A stretch of DNA of 59,816 bases, from contig NC_068984.1 in the NCBI RefSeq assembly GCF_001194135.2, positions 141,774,262 to 141,834,077 of the forward strand, given 5' to 3'. The position numbers were made by a program, and so were the translations under genes. This document shows positions 32,901 to 42,689 of this stretch, one piece after another. This stretch comes from Octopus bimaculoides (taxonomy: Eukaryota). The notes under the pieces are model-generated. The model was given only the letters and a program-made list of their open reading frames with translations, had not been told where the DNA came from and did no database searches. How positions within the stretch are numbered: the first letter of the stretch is position 1; each line of letters starts with the position of its first letter.

Positions 32901-35900
32901 AAACAAATAAGGTTGAAGAACAGAAAACTTTAATCACTTTTTAAAGTTATCTCTAAAGATTTTCTTTAGAAATTATTGTTACCACTTCGATCGCATTGTT
33001 TGCATGGACGTATTCGCATACGGAATATCGCAACTTTCACTACTGGCTCTGTTTCTATAGAATGTCTGCAGAGAACTTAAAGAAGCGATTGAATCGCACT
33101 GCTAACACAAGTAGGACGCAGTATTGACTTATCAGAGCGAAGTTTAAGAGGTGTTTGCCAATTTTTCGACCTCTTGAAGATCAGCAGCTTATAACCCAGA
33201 GATTTGCATTATCGGTAGGAATGAGAAACTATGGAATATAATCAGTGAACCGCTGCTTCTGACCATCTCAGTCTTGGAGACATCATGAAAAAAGCTGCAG
33301 AGTATCTTACAAAACTCAATTTTTAAAATTCTTCAGTTTTTCTTTTGAAAAAGCTACTGCTGCTTTTCACATTTCAGTTCCATTACAGAATCTCTGCTCT
33401 AAATATTCAAGGTATTTATTCCATAAAAGGACATTTTCCTTTCCTTCAAAATTAAATTGCAAAAGCGGATTTGATGTGAAAAGTATTCCGACCAAATAAA
33501 AATAGGTTTTATTTGTAAGGGACAATACTCTTTTGAACCTCATCTGAAAGTTACCTCCCTTATTAATGACAAATTGATTCTCAATAATAAACTCCACCAT
33601 TGTTCCATAGTTCACGAAACATTAACATGTTTAGTGTATATCCTTCGATCATTCTGCTTACATCGACCCCGGCAATCTCCAGTTCCTGTTTTCATCAACA
33701 ACTACATCACAGCAAATGGATAGAAATTATGGATTACATAATTAACTTTGTCAAAGCCTCATAGATGCTGCCATCACCTCAACTGGCTGAAACTCCATCG
33801 CCAGACCCTGGTTCTGTTCACTCGCTTCCAATCAACGTCTGGAGTTTTAAACTAAGCCCTAATCCTTTAGGCTTTTTCATGAGTTCTCGAGTAATGAACT
33901 GAACGATTGCGACAAACCTTTTTAACGAATCTACACTATTAATTATACATCAGTGCTGATAGCTTTAAGGTTCACCAATTTAGTAAAATACTCGATGCCC
34001 CACATGGGAAAAATGATTTTTCTTGTATTTCCTGTTGGAAATACGTTTTTTCACAACTTTGGGAAACAAACTCGCTGATAGCAAAATCAATTTCTTTCTG
34101 GTTACATGATTTATCGTTGTTGTGTGTTTGACGGAAATCCTCATTGATAGAAATTTATGTTGGTTGGAACACGTACACAGGATGGACAACAACAGTTTCC
34201 TCAAACAACTCCTATACTCCCAACTTTGCAAGGAGAAAAGAAACGATGAAAAAATCCGAGGTTCAGATACTGCAAAGCGAATATGAAGTGGAAAGCAATT
34301 GATCATAATAAATGGCAAACGCAAGCTTTCTCCATACTGGTCATTTTTCTTTTGCTTATCAAGTCCCATCGAAACCATGGACAGTCATAATTGTGACGAC
34401 TGACAGCAGACGAGGAAATATGAGAGTTACGTGTTTGATCAAGTTTTTCCAATGACTGTTTTTTTCTTTCACAAATCAGACACGTCAAATGTAGCTCTTG
34501 AATTTGAATATTTGGTGAAGTAGTCTTCATAAAAATATGCTATTCGTTTCATGAATGAAGCACTGATAAAAAAATAACCTTCTGCAGGTGACTTCCCCAC
34601 CAAATTCGTAAAGTTGTCCCATTATGTGTAATCTGTTTTCTGATCTCTCCTCCATACACGACTTTTGCAAAGAAACATTTATTTCTCAATATATATTACC
34701 GTAAAATAGACAACTTAAGCTATTATTACAATTGCACATCTGAAATTATTTCATGTAGAATTGAATTTATCTGGTAGTTTTAAAATGATTTTCTTCTCGA
34801 GAAATTGAGATTTAGTCGTCTGCTTCTAGGTAATGTCCCTTTTAAATCGTTATTTCGCTTTCATTATCTCCCTTGGAACTGTAACGCTTCTCCAGATATC
34901 TTCGTTTGTGCTGATGAAATTGTAACTATTTTATAATATAATTTTTTTCCTGTTCTCATTTCAGTGTAAGCCCTTCAGAAATGCTTCATCTTTGGCGGAT
35001 CACCATGATATATTTAACCATGAATGTTTTCATGTCTTTCCTCTTCATCTGTCTTTTCTTCCTCAAGGACAAGAAACGGGTAAAATTATTTGTTTTTTGC
35101 CTCTTGCATTATTTAAACCTGACAGTTGTCTATCGTCTGCGCAGATTCAAGCATGTGGTAAACTGGAATGAAAACGATATTTTCATTACTGACCCTTAGT
35201 AGGATAAGTGAAGGCACGTGGCTCAATGGTTAGGGTATTCGGTTCACGATAGTAAGGTCTGGAGTTCGATTCTCAGCGGTGCGTTGTCTCCTTGAGCAAG
35301 ACTTTTTCACGTTGCTCCGTACATTCAGTTGGCAAGAACGATTTGTACCTGCAATTCAAAGGAGAAGCCTTGTCACATTCGGTTCTCGCTGAATCTCTCC
35401 GAGATCATCTCCATTAACGGTACACGTGTCAGTGGAGTGCTCAGCCACTTGCAAGTTAATTTCACGAGCCGGCTGTTCCGTTGACCAGATCCACTGGAAC
35501 ACTTCATGTCGTAACCGATGGAGAACCAGCTCAGTAAGATGAGCGACAAGATTCTTTGAGCTTATTTTAGAATACATGACTCAAAGACAATATTCAAGAA
35601 CGTACTTCACTTCGGAAATATACTAATTTTGTGTCAATACAGGGAATATTGGAAAATTTCATCAGAAATCAATGAAGCTTGGGAAATACTAAATTAGTCA
35701 ATTATAATTAAAATGGTAAATACGGATGACAATAATTTAGTGTTACCATATTTAATGCAGCGAGTATTAGAGAGTTGATTAGAAATAAATGTGCTTTGCA
35801 AAATACGGTATTAGTTAATTGCAATTTTAATTATTATGCTAATTACGGGAGATAGTAATTTAGTTACCATGTTCAATAGAGAGTGAATTAGGAAGTTGAT

Positions 35901-36737
35901 TAGAAATGTGGTGCGAGAAATAACACATTAGTTAATTACTATTTTAATTATTATGGTCATAACGAAAGATTAATAATTGTTAGTGTTAACATTCTAGTAT
36001 TGTCTGTATTAAATATAATTAGTAATTTACTAATATGCAATTTTTCCATTAAATATTTCTATTTTAATTATGGTAATTACAGCGATAACTGATGTCGGGA
36101 TTTAACTTTAGGATTTATACGTTATCTAGGGTTGCGGCTCTGCGTTTCCTTCAGGAACGGCATTAACGTCACTAAATACCCCTTAATCTCTATATAAAGT
36201 ATCTCCAACATAATTCTGTCTAGTCTCGGGGATTAAACTGTGTTGTGTTGGGATTATTGTTCGACAGAATAAATTGATTTCTCAATTGGGACTTCCTTTT
36301 TTGACTACAACAAAACATTCGCGATAGGGATTATCTGGGGTTTTATGTTCTTACATATTGCTGCAGACAATATCCTCTCGATTAACTGTTCTCGTTCCTC
36401 CAAAATCGAAGAAATATCGAACAGCTAAATACCTGAAAGAGTTCATATCTTATACACGTCTACCTATCACTAAATAAATTGACCCTCTCAGAGAGTGAGT
36501 CGTGTAAAATATTATTTTAGTGCAGTTGTTTTTACTAATGTGAGTGTTTTAATTATAAAACGTTCTTTTTTTTTTAATCAACAGGTTGAACCTGAATTCA
36601 ATCATGCAAAGCTTCGTCCACGAGCCAAGACCTGTATTGATAGGTTCGACAGACGCTTAAGTAGGAACGGTTCATACAACACATTTGGAGACGTAAAGCG
36701 CCCAGTGAGAGCAATGTCCTGTGTAGGATATATTTAA
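17607..36737 (+). CDS. MFSD1: MFSD1-like major facilitator superfamily transporter, 13 coding exons, 491 aa (join 17607-17643,19378-19484,21672-21772,23805-23860,24047-24196,25341-25499,26460-26569,27577-27677,28693-28801,30599-30736,32013-32152,34965-35079,36585-36737)
   Basis: Manual splicing: all introns GT-AG, phases chain without frameshift, total 1476 nt. The protein has about 12 hydrophobic segments, MFS motif A (SGFLTDKFGHS), TM4 motif GRMLLGIG, and MFSD1-family signatures FGANYCYDMP, WFQKNEL..AYG...ARLGSV and YWP. Family assignment is from recalled MFSD1 sequences; orthology versus paralogy is not established. Confidence 0.9.
17700..17868 (-). mobile_element. Family A SINE, 3' half, decayed, intron 1
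   Basis: gcggccatactggggctccgcc..tagtcgaatgaatcgactccagg..tttgccgaaccgttaagtta. Confidence 0.7.
18480..18770. mobile_element. Head-to-head family B pair in intron 1 (minus-strand head 18481-18527; plus-strand copy 18585-18770)
   Basis: ctaagcattt..ctgccagctcgccgcct versus aggcggcgaactggtag..gaaatgcttag. Confidence 0.8.
19378..19484 (+). CDS. MFSD1: MFSD1-like exon 2 (K-FFRFVVLTLTSLLSFGANYCYDMPAVLQYTLQENW), TM1
   Basis: Acceptor ttttattttctag; translation matches MFSD1 TM1 (FGSYFCYDNP-like); the donor gtacca at 19485 is weak but is the only in-phase GT before a stop. Confidence 0.8.
20275..20501 (+). mobile_element. Family B SINE, full length, tail type B2, with 17-bp target-site duplication
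   Basis: TSD aatatatttggcctttt at 20258-20274 and 20502-20518; tail ttaatccctttgtctgtccttgtttgtcccc..gtgggcaataaag. Confidence 0.92.
20917..21280 (+). mobile_element. Non-autonomous element with Helentron/HINE(DINE-1)-like architecture, intron 2
   Basis: 5' ttattacctcgcc..gcgaaggt inverted repeat, (GTTT) tract, 3' cggaagt plus small hairpin gcgct-ttcta-agtgc. Classification is inference. Confidence 0.5.
21303..21460 (+). mobile_element. Family E old interspersed repeat (motif tagaaatagcagccaaatctccctcaaa); related pieces near 9465-9505(-), 29560-29590(-), 37970-37990(+), 49130-49165(-)
   Basis: The motif recurs in diverged form at these loci; class unknown. Confidence 0.45.
21672..21772 (+). 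CDS. MFSD1: MFSD1-like exon 3 (SNCTNPSQDHKCCEECLSLGADRYNQLYTSFSW)
   Basis: Pyrimidine tract plus aag acceptor, donor gtaagt at 21773; matches the loop 1/TM2 start (Y..LY...SW). Confidence 0.88.
22001..22083. mobile_element. Pogo/Tigger-like MITE, intron 3
   Basis: cagtact..ctact / agtagattactg ends, internal ctatcgcgg..tgcgatag inverted repeat. Confidence 0.55.
22122..22305 (-). mobile_element. Family B SINE, internally deleted, intron 3
   Basis: caactggtacttattttatc..gaatttgaactc..cggcgtgctaacgattc..cagctcgtcacc. Confidence 0.8.
23805..23860 (+). CDS. MFSD1: MFSD1-like exon 4 (S-NACIVIFSGFLTDKFGHS), MFS motif A
   Basis: Acceptor tctttatctcccttag, donor gtaagt at 23861; 56 nt, phases 2 to 1 fit both neighbours. 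Confidence 0.9.
24047..24196 (+). CDS. MFSD1: MFSD1-like exon 5 (M-CSLLFSSSIVAGAGLFTLSVISNIRRAVAMYPLMLVGRMLLGIGSGSLR)
   Basis: Acceptor ttctgtttctttgcag, donor gtaagt at 24197; TM3-TM4 with GR..LG.G motif. Confidence 0.92.
25341..25499 (+). CDS. MFSD1: MFSD1-like exon 6 (I-VQDRIVAFWFQKNELASAYGIIMAIARLGSVLNFLITKNLEHHFGLTKTLFF)
   Basis: Acceptor gaaatttcag, donor gtaagt at 25500; lies within track ORF 25307..25600; strongest MFSD1 similarity. Confidence 0.95.
26460..26569 (+). CDS. MFSD1: MFSD1-like exon 7 (G-FSLCLFSLGLAFLLAMVECSVKDDDEPTQNKQPKVA)
   Basis: Acceptor ttgtgttacttcag, donor gtaagt at 26570; TM6 plus central hydrophilic loop. Confidence 0.88.
27577..27677 (+). CDS. MFSD1: MFSD1-like exon 8 (SLRDLKQLSCLYWLINISRLFFFNAVVQFVVDS)
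   Basis: Acceptor tttttctttctaccag, donor gtaagt at 27678; matches L.D.K.F...W TM7 pattern. Confidence 0.9.
28693..28801 (+). CDS. MFSD1: MFSD1-like exon 9 (T-EFFQDKYKISPERSAYIIGAIYDVGMVCSPFVGFLA)
   Basis: Acceptor gtttttattttaag, donor gtaagt at 28802; within track ORF 28574..28852; TM8. Confidence 0.93.
28986..29465 (-). mobile_element. Mariner deletion derivative, intron 9
   Basis: TIR cgaggtctgatcaaaatgtatc / gatacttttgatcagatcttg with TA flanks; track ORF 28979..29251 contains KEFQECLDQWKRRWIKCVASERNYSEG, a mariner C-terminus. Confidence 0.88.
29661..30160. mobile_element. Head-to-head family A pair in intron 9 (minus 29661-29806; plus 29855-30160)
   Basis: Both heads recognisable, about 50 nt apart. 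Confidence 0.85.
30175..30433 (+). mobile_element. Tc1/mariner-superfamily deletion derivative, intron 9
   Basis: 28-bp TIR cag(g/c)gtgttcaaaaagtctctccgcagt; internal LQHVFQNMCRRVNLCIENEGPHFQYLI*. Confidence 0.88.
30599..30736 (+). CDS. MFSD1: MFSD1-like exon 10 (DYTKSVKRMLFIGIVSLLPVYLVMAYTGLNPIICTVWIGLSLTVCV)
   Basis: Long pyrimidine tract plus ttttctag, donor gtaaga at 30737; TM9-TM10. Confidence 0.9.
30849..31060 (+). mobile_element. Family B SINE, intron 10
   Basis: ggtagcgagctggcaggatcgttagc..ttctgagttcaaatt..ctttcggggtcgataaaa..gtaccagt. Confidence 0.85.
31835..31977 (+). mobile_element. Family C SINE tail, ends about 35 nt before the exon 11 acceptor
   Basis: cacgctgaatcaccccgagaactacgttaagggtacacgtg..gtaaccgacggagtgcca. 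Confidence 0.9.
32013..32152 (+). CDS. MFSD1: MFSD1-like exon 11 (ICYWPVMTKVIPPHLLGSGLGICTSLTAIGVGTTSFIVGKILEHDE)
   Basis: Acceptor ttttcttttgtatctag, donor gtaaac at 32153; corresponds to the ALWP..A.VVP.H.LGTAYG region. Confidence 0.9.
34140..34360 (+). mobile_element. RTE-clade LINE ORF2 C-terminal fragment, intron 11
   Basis: CWLEHVHRMDNNSFLKQLLYSQLCKEKR resembles the RTE RW.GHV.RM...R.PKQLLY..L..GKR motif. Confidence 0.65.
34965..35079 (+). CDS. MFSD1: MFSD1-like exon 12 (S-VSPSEMLHLWRITMIYLTMNVFMSFLFICLFFLKDKKR), TM12
   Basis: Acceptor ttcctgttctcatttcag, donor gtaaaa at 35080; phases 2 to 0 fit; overlaps track ORF 34981..35199. Confidence 0.85.
35211..35525 (+). mobile_element. Family C SINE, short-body variant, intron 12
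   Basis: Head gtggctcaatggttagg..ggagttcgattctc; tail ..gtcgtaaccgatggag. Confidence 0.82.
36585..36737 (+). CDS. MFSD1: MFSD1-like terminal exon 13 (VEPEFNHAKLRPRAKTCIDRFDRRLSRNGSYNTFGDVKRPVRAMSCVGYI*)
   Basis: Acceptor ctttttttttttaatcaacag, phase 0, ends at TAA 36735-36737; equals the 3' part of track ORF 36495..36737. Confidence 0.8.
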   Translation, partial: VEPEFNHAKLRPRAKTCIDRFDRRLSRNGSYNTFGDVKRPVRAMSCVGYI

Positions 36738-37818
36738 CTACCGCAACTGGTCCTGTTTTCACCAGTTTGCCGACGCCTCAATTAAGATAGTTGTTTATTT
36801 ATCGGTTCTACCGCCCCTCAAACAAATTCTTTATAAATGCTCCTCAAATTCTTTATAAACGTATTCTTGAATATGCTGTTTTAATTTTTGTTCCGTTTTA
36901 ATTTCTGAGAGAATAATTAACATTCCGTATGAAGGTTATGCCTCACGTGGACTTTTTTCGTATTATGTCTTAAATGTAAAATGTTTCACGAGATAGCTGC
37001 CATATTATCAAGCACAACATGTTGTTCGTTTGTTATTCTACACGTTATGGTGACACCATAACCGTGGGAGAAATGTTATATTTTTATAGTTGTTGCAAAA
37101 ACAAAACCAAAAAAATTAGATTGATACAAATTAGATTCCGAAATCCAGTTTCAGTTATTTTTGTTTAATTACGTTATTCTGTTAACGATATCACAAAAAA
37201 TGTATCGGGTAGCTTACAAAACCCGACAAAATGTACAGTTTGTTATAATCATAAATGAATCAAATATTCTATTTACTTCATCCAATTTTCATCTATTCAT
37301 TTATTTTGGTTTTAGTAAACCTGCCAATTTTTTTTTAATTTAAAAATTGTTATACGCCAGGATCCTTATGCTGTAAGGAAGCAACAGCTACCATCTTAAA
37401 CAGAAATGTTAGCAATCATCTGAGTCGGCAGCGGAGTGGTAACTTAAATTCTATCTCTAAAGACATCGTATTTGTTCAGCAGTTTTCACGGGAGACAACT
37501 TTATACTCAGAGGAGATAACTTCTGTCAATATCATGAGAAAATTTTTTTTTTTTTATCCCGATTTCTATTTAGTTCCGTTTCCATACGGTACCAATCACA
37601 GTCATCAATATTATCGATGAGAGAGAAATTTTGCGTTTTTATTGTTGCTTCATGAAATTTACTAAATTAGTGCCAATTATTACTTTCAAAGCCAAGTTTT
37701 CAATCATTTTGTTAATTACTTCATTATTTTTGTTACACAATTTAATATCACACAAAAATTATTTATTTTCTGTTTATGTGGATGAATAGACAAAAATATT
37801 TCATATACATCTTATGGA

Positions 37819-37828
37819 AATAAATAAA
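37819..37828 (+). terminator. Candidate polyadenylation signal (two overlapping AATAAA) for the MFSD1-like gene
   Basis: First AATAAA hexamers found by eye after the stop codon; would give a 3' UTR of about 1.1 kb. No transcript data. Confidence 0.4.
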
Positions 37829-38009
37829 ATATATATATATATGCGTAAAAATAACATCGGTCTTTTGTCATCATTCAATTGTGTATCCGTTCATTACAAA
37901 ATATATTGCTTTACCAATAGAAGTCGATATTTTCGAATGATCAACGAACTTCTACATGGTCGTCCTTACAGTTAGAAATAGCAGCGAATTATTCTTGAAA
38001 CATCGTCGA

Positions 38010-38054
<45 letters not shown>

Positions 38055-38055
38055 G

Positions 38056-38670
38056 GGCGCAGGAGTGGCTGTGTGATAAGCAGCTTGCTTACTAACCACA
38101 GTGGGGGCGCGTGTCCTACTGGTTAAGGTGTCAGCACTATGATCGTAAGATTGTGGTTTCGATTCCTGGACAGGGGCGGCGCGTTGTTTTCTTGAGCAAA
38201 ACACTTCATTTCACGTTGCCCCAGTCCACTCAGCTGGCACAAATGAGTCACGCTGCGATGGACTGGCGTCCCGTCCAGGTGGGGAACACATACGCCTTTG
38301 AAACCGAGAAACCGGGCCCATGAGCCTGGCTAGGTTTTAAAAAGGGCGCATTTATTTTTTACTAACTACATGGTTCCGGGGTCAGTCTCACTGCGTAGCG
38401 CTTGGGCAAAAATGTCTTCTATAGCCTCAGGCCGACTAAAACCTTGCGAGTGGAAGCTGAAAAAAACTTGTGTGTCTGTGTGTTTATACCCCAACATCCC
38501 TTGGCAACCGATGCTGGTGTGTTTACGTCCCCGTAAGTTAGCGGTTCGGCAAAAAAGACCGTTAGAATAAGTACTAGGCTTACAAAGAATAAGTCCTCGG
38601 GTCGATTTGCTCGGCTAAAAGCGATGCTCCAGCATGGGCGCACTCAAATGACTGATACTAGTAAAAGAAT
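38056..38670 (+). mobile_element. Family A SINE interrupted by a nested insertion at 38101-38358
   Basis: Head 38056-38100 resumes at 38371 (tggttccggg). Confidence 0.88.
38101..38358 (+). mobile_element. Family C-related SINE with CORE-like body and a distinct tail, nested in a family A head
   Basis: TSD ttactaaccaca 38089-38100 / ttactaactaca 38359-38370; body cttgagcaaaacacttcatttcacgttgccccagtccactcagctggc; tail ctgcgatggactggcgtcccgtccagg..aagggcgcattt. Confidence 0.85.
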
Positions 38671-39609
38671 ATAAAAAAAAAAATATCTGGTCATGGCTGG
38701 AACGCTTGGAATCTAAAACGGTAATTAGCCAGACGGAATTTAATGATTTCTTGTTAAAAATCGATAAAGTTAATTTTACTTAAAACAAATAAATTACTCA
38801 TGTTGGAGACGACCGTGACTGATATCGATGTCGAGTTTGATTCATCTGATGAATTACATCGCCCGACTCACCATCTTCAATAATTCCTTCCTGTATTTAG
38901 ATCCGTCGTTTCAGCCACTCCGAGGACAATTTTATTTTAGTGTCTGTGCGCGTGCGTGTGTGTGTGTGTGTGTGCGTGATAGAGATAATTCAGTAGTTTG
39001 GCCAATGGGACTCTGCGCTTTCTGAATCAGTGACACAAACAAGTATACCTTTTTAACAATAATCCTTAGGTAGAATCTGTGTGTGACAAAGTTGTCCCCT
39101 TTAGATCATAGGTACAATCCACCCGACGAACTTCCACATGGTTTCCGTCAATCCAGTTTTACTCCCAATGAATGGATTGAGATTATACAAAGACATTTTT
39201 CAGCCTGCAGCGCTGCTCTAAGCTCTGGCCCATTACGCCTCCACGAAACAAAGCTAACAGTAAGATGAATATTTATATTTTGTTGGATTTGAAGTAGTCT
39301 ATTTGAATCAGATCCTCAAAATTAATCTTATGCAACACATCCGGTTCTATACTTAGTTGCGGTAAGGTATCCCAGTGGTTTCTTTTGTGCCGTAAACCAT
39401 TTACCATTTCTGTGGTGTCCCCATTTCCCTTGATGCCCTTGGCACGCACTTATTTTACTTAATGGTTAATCCAGCGCTGCTCGAAATAAAGAACGTGGAA
39501 GAGTCACTGACAGATTTCGATTCTGGTTCGAATTCTAAGGGGTACTTCAGAACTGAGAACGCATTTAATGGTGTTAGCTATTAAATGGTTTTCTTTTAAG
39601 AGTGGACTA

Positions 39610-40000
39610 TTGTCAGTCTTGCAGCATCATATGGAAATGCTACAGGTTTAAGTGAAGACCATTTAGTAGACGGGTAACCGGCTCCCAACGATGACCCCCT
39701 TCAGTGAGATCGAAACACGTATGTCCAAAACTTCGTGTTCAAGATCATCTCAAATGGTCTCCATTTTTAAGCGGGGTCCCTCGTAATCGATCGGAGCCGT
39801 CCCTTGCTGCTAATCGAAAGGCATGGAGGTCCGTGTGTGATGTAGGAACAGAGCGCTTCGAAACCGAACGCAAGAGACTGCATGAAGAGAGATGTCATCA
39901 TAAACCCCCTACGGCTGTTGTTCGGGATCACCTTCTGTGCTCTCAGTGCTACAGGGTCCATATCGGTCGTCAGTCTCATTCGTTCTCACGAGAAACAATG
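39610..40000 (+). mobile_element. RTE-clade LINE 3' fragment with terminal C2H2-like finger
   Basis: LAANRKAWRSVCDVGTERFE..LCSQCYRVHIG..SH; frameshifted. Confidence 0.5.
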
Positions 40001-40185
40001 CTGGAGGTAGAGAAGGATGAATGTCATAAATCAATGCTGTCATAAGCAAATAAGCATTGGCCAGTCGTAATACAGTGTCATATAATTTATGGGATTTAAT
40101 CCTTGAACCCTGACACAACCATCTACAAAGGTTGTAATTGATTCTGCAGAGTCTATTATACAGCAATATTTTATCAGTCTTTAAG

Positions 40186-40340
40186 GGGGTGAGTTGGCAC
40201 TCATTTGCACGCCGGGCAAAATGCTTAGCGGCATTTCACTCTGCCTTCATTCTTTCGGAATCGATAAAATAAATACCAGTCGATCTAACCGACTTATCTC
40301 TTACCCGATAAAATTGCTGGTCAAAATTTGAAACCAATAT
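40186..40340 (+). mobile_element. Family B SINE, decayed
   Basis: ggtgagttggca..cgccgggcaaaatgcttagcggcattt..gtcgatctaaccgact. Confidence 0.7.
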
Positions 40341-40659
40341 TTTACCAAGCTCTATCAAACAGTAAAATTTACTTTCCCACCATTAGCGGCATTCCACCTG
40401 TAAATATTCGGGCCAGGCTGCCTCCACCTCCAAGTTTTGGAGAGCTCGCAAAGTACTCATTGACAGCGACCTTCTCTCACCAACGAAATGGTTAAGATGA
40501 CGACTTCGGGTATGGGTCATCTTGACAGGACCTCCGAAAGTGGTGAAGAAAAATGGAAGAAACTGCGCGGTGTATTTCAGTTGAATGTATTGTCGTTGGG
40601 CCCAGTCTGGAAGCTGACACGAACAGAGGATATTTGAAAATGTAGACGTTCTAGGAAGA

Positions 40660-41130
40660 AATTGCAGGATCTGGGATAGGACATATAGAGTTGAGTGCCC
40701 AGATGGGGGTAGTATGTGGCCAGTTCAAAGGAGAAGCCACTGTAGTAGCGGTAGAAAAGGCAGTGAGATGAAATAGTATGTTTGTATACTGGAAATTGGT
40801 ATGTGTTTGAATAAAGTCAAACCAGTCAGTTACCTTATGCGAGAAAGAGAGAACACCACCGGCCATGGGAGAAATAATCTATCGAAGGTTCAACGATATG
40901 GTGGCGTTGATAGAGGTGACGTTGCTAGAGTCCCAGAGAGAAGCGAAAGTTTATCAAATGAGAAATTGAAGAGAATACAGAAGCTCCACACACTCTACTT
41001 TCATTAACTGCACCTAAAACGGCTAAAGAGTTGGTATTTATATAGAGAAAGGTTCACAAGTTTCATAACAGTCTTAATTGTGAACGCAGCATAAAAATTA
41101 CAAGAGAAATTTATAGGGAACTCAGGTCCT
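40660..41130 (-). mobile_element. CR1/L2-group LINE fragment
   Basis: Minus strand ctgccttttctaccgctactacagtggcttctcctttgaactggcc (..FYRYYSGFSFELA), similar to the 10200 fragment. Confidence 0.5.
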
Positions 41131-41706
41131 ACACTGATCCATACAAAGAAATGGTGTCCTATAAATCAAAGCTGCTTTTTATAAGTTCTTCACCCTTGAA
41201 GCAGATGCTAATGTTGATGGCTTATCTCTCTCAGAGTAGCACTCATTGCACTATTACATACCAAAAAGCAGTTACTATCATTTGTAGTATGGTATTACAG
41301 TATTCCTATTTGTCCCTAAATGCGTTTTCCTTCTAATGTTTCGATGTATACAATTCTATATTCTCTGTAGTGAAAAATTGATACTTGCATAAAGATGCTT
41401 GTCATCCATTGTTCCTTTTATGTGGGGTTTTTTTTCATGCTAACATGGAGTTATTCAATGCCTATAATTGAGACATTGTTTTACAGTTGGATATGCATAA
41501 TTCATCTAATCCTTACTTGCTTTTCAAGTAAGGATAATTTTCTTTTTTATTCAACATTACTGAAGAGTTATGAGGCGATTTGTTGATAGGAAATTATCAA
41601 ACTTCACCATCTGTAAATGTATGCATTCTGCAAACTGCAGAATACAAACAGTCACACAGACATACATATGTATATATGAGAAACACACACACACACACAC
41701 ACACAG

Positions 41707-42104
41707 AGGCGCCGGAGTGGCTGTGTGGTAAGTAGCTTGCTTACCAACCACATGGTTCTGGCACCTTGGGCAAGTGTCTTCTACTATAGTCTCGGGCCGA
41801 CCAAAGCCTTGTGAGTGGATTTGGTAGACGGAAAAGTCCGTCGTATATATGTATATATATATATATATGTGTGTATATGTTTGTGTGTCTGTGTTTGTCC
41901 CCCCAACATCGCTTGACAATCGATGGTGGTGTGTTTACGTCCCTGTAACTTAGCGGTTCGGCAGAAGAGACGGATAGAATAAGTACTAGGCTTCCAAAGA
42001 ATAAGTCCCGGGGTCGATTTGCTCGACTAAAAGGCGGTGCTCCAGCATGGCCACAGTCAAATGACTGAAACGAGTAAAAAGAGTAAAAGGGAGAGTAAAG
42101 AGTA
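41707..42104 (+). mobile_element. Family A SINE, full length (best copy)
   Basis: Head, central domain, (TA)(TG) linker, 3' module ending cagtcaaatgactgaaac-(gagtaaaa)n. Confidence 0.92.
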
Positions 42105-42257
42105 TCTGAAATTTGGGAGCGAATTGCTTGAGTGTGAAGAATATTTTTGATTTTGAAGGGAAAGGGCCTTCTTCGGGATCTAGTGTTTTCTATGTTGCCC
42201 TCCTGAAATGATGGTGAGATCTTGTTCTGATGTGATCATGAGGATTCTTATGCGATG

Positions 42258-42676
42258 TCTGTACCAGTTACGCACTGGGGTCGATGTCTGTCCTTGTTTG
42301 TCCCTTCTATGTTTAACCTCCTGTGGGCAATAAAGAAATAAGAAACGTTAGAACACCGCGCGAAATGCTTTACGTTCTGAGTTCAAATTCCGCTGAGGTC
42401 GACTTTGCCGTTCATCCTTTCGAGGTCGATAAATTAAGTACCAGTTACGAACTGGGGATCGATCTAATCGATGGCCTCCTCCCCAAAAACATTTTGGGCT
42501 TTATACCTAGAGTAGAAAAGTATATTAAATATTAGACATATTCCGCTGAGGTCGAGTTTGCCTTTCATCCTTTCGGGGTCGATAAATTAAGTACCAGCTG
42601 CATACTGGGGTCGATCTAATCGATTGGCCCTCCTTCCCTCAAACCTTCGGGCCTTGTGCCTGGAGTAGAAAAGATT
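42258..42676 (+). mobile_element. Three stacked family B SINE pieces (B2 tail, then B1, then truncated B1)
   Basis: Junction gggcaataaagaaataa|gaaacgttag at 42341/42342; third piece from about 42541. Confidence 0.88.
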
Positions 42677-42689
42677 ATACACGTAACAA

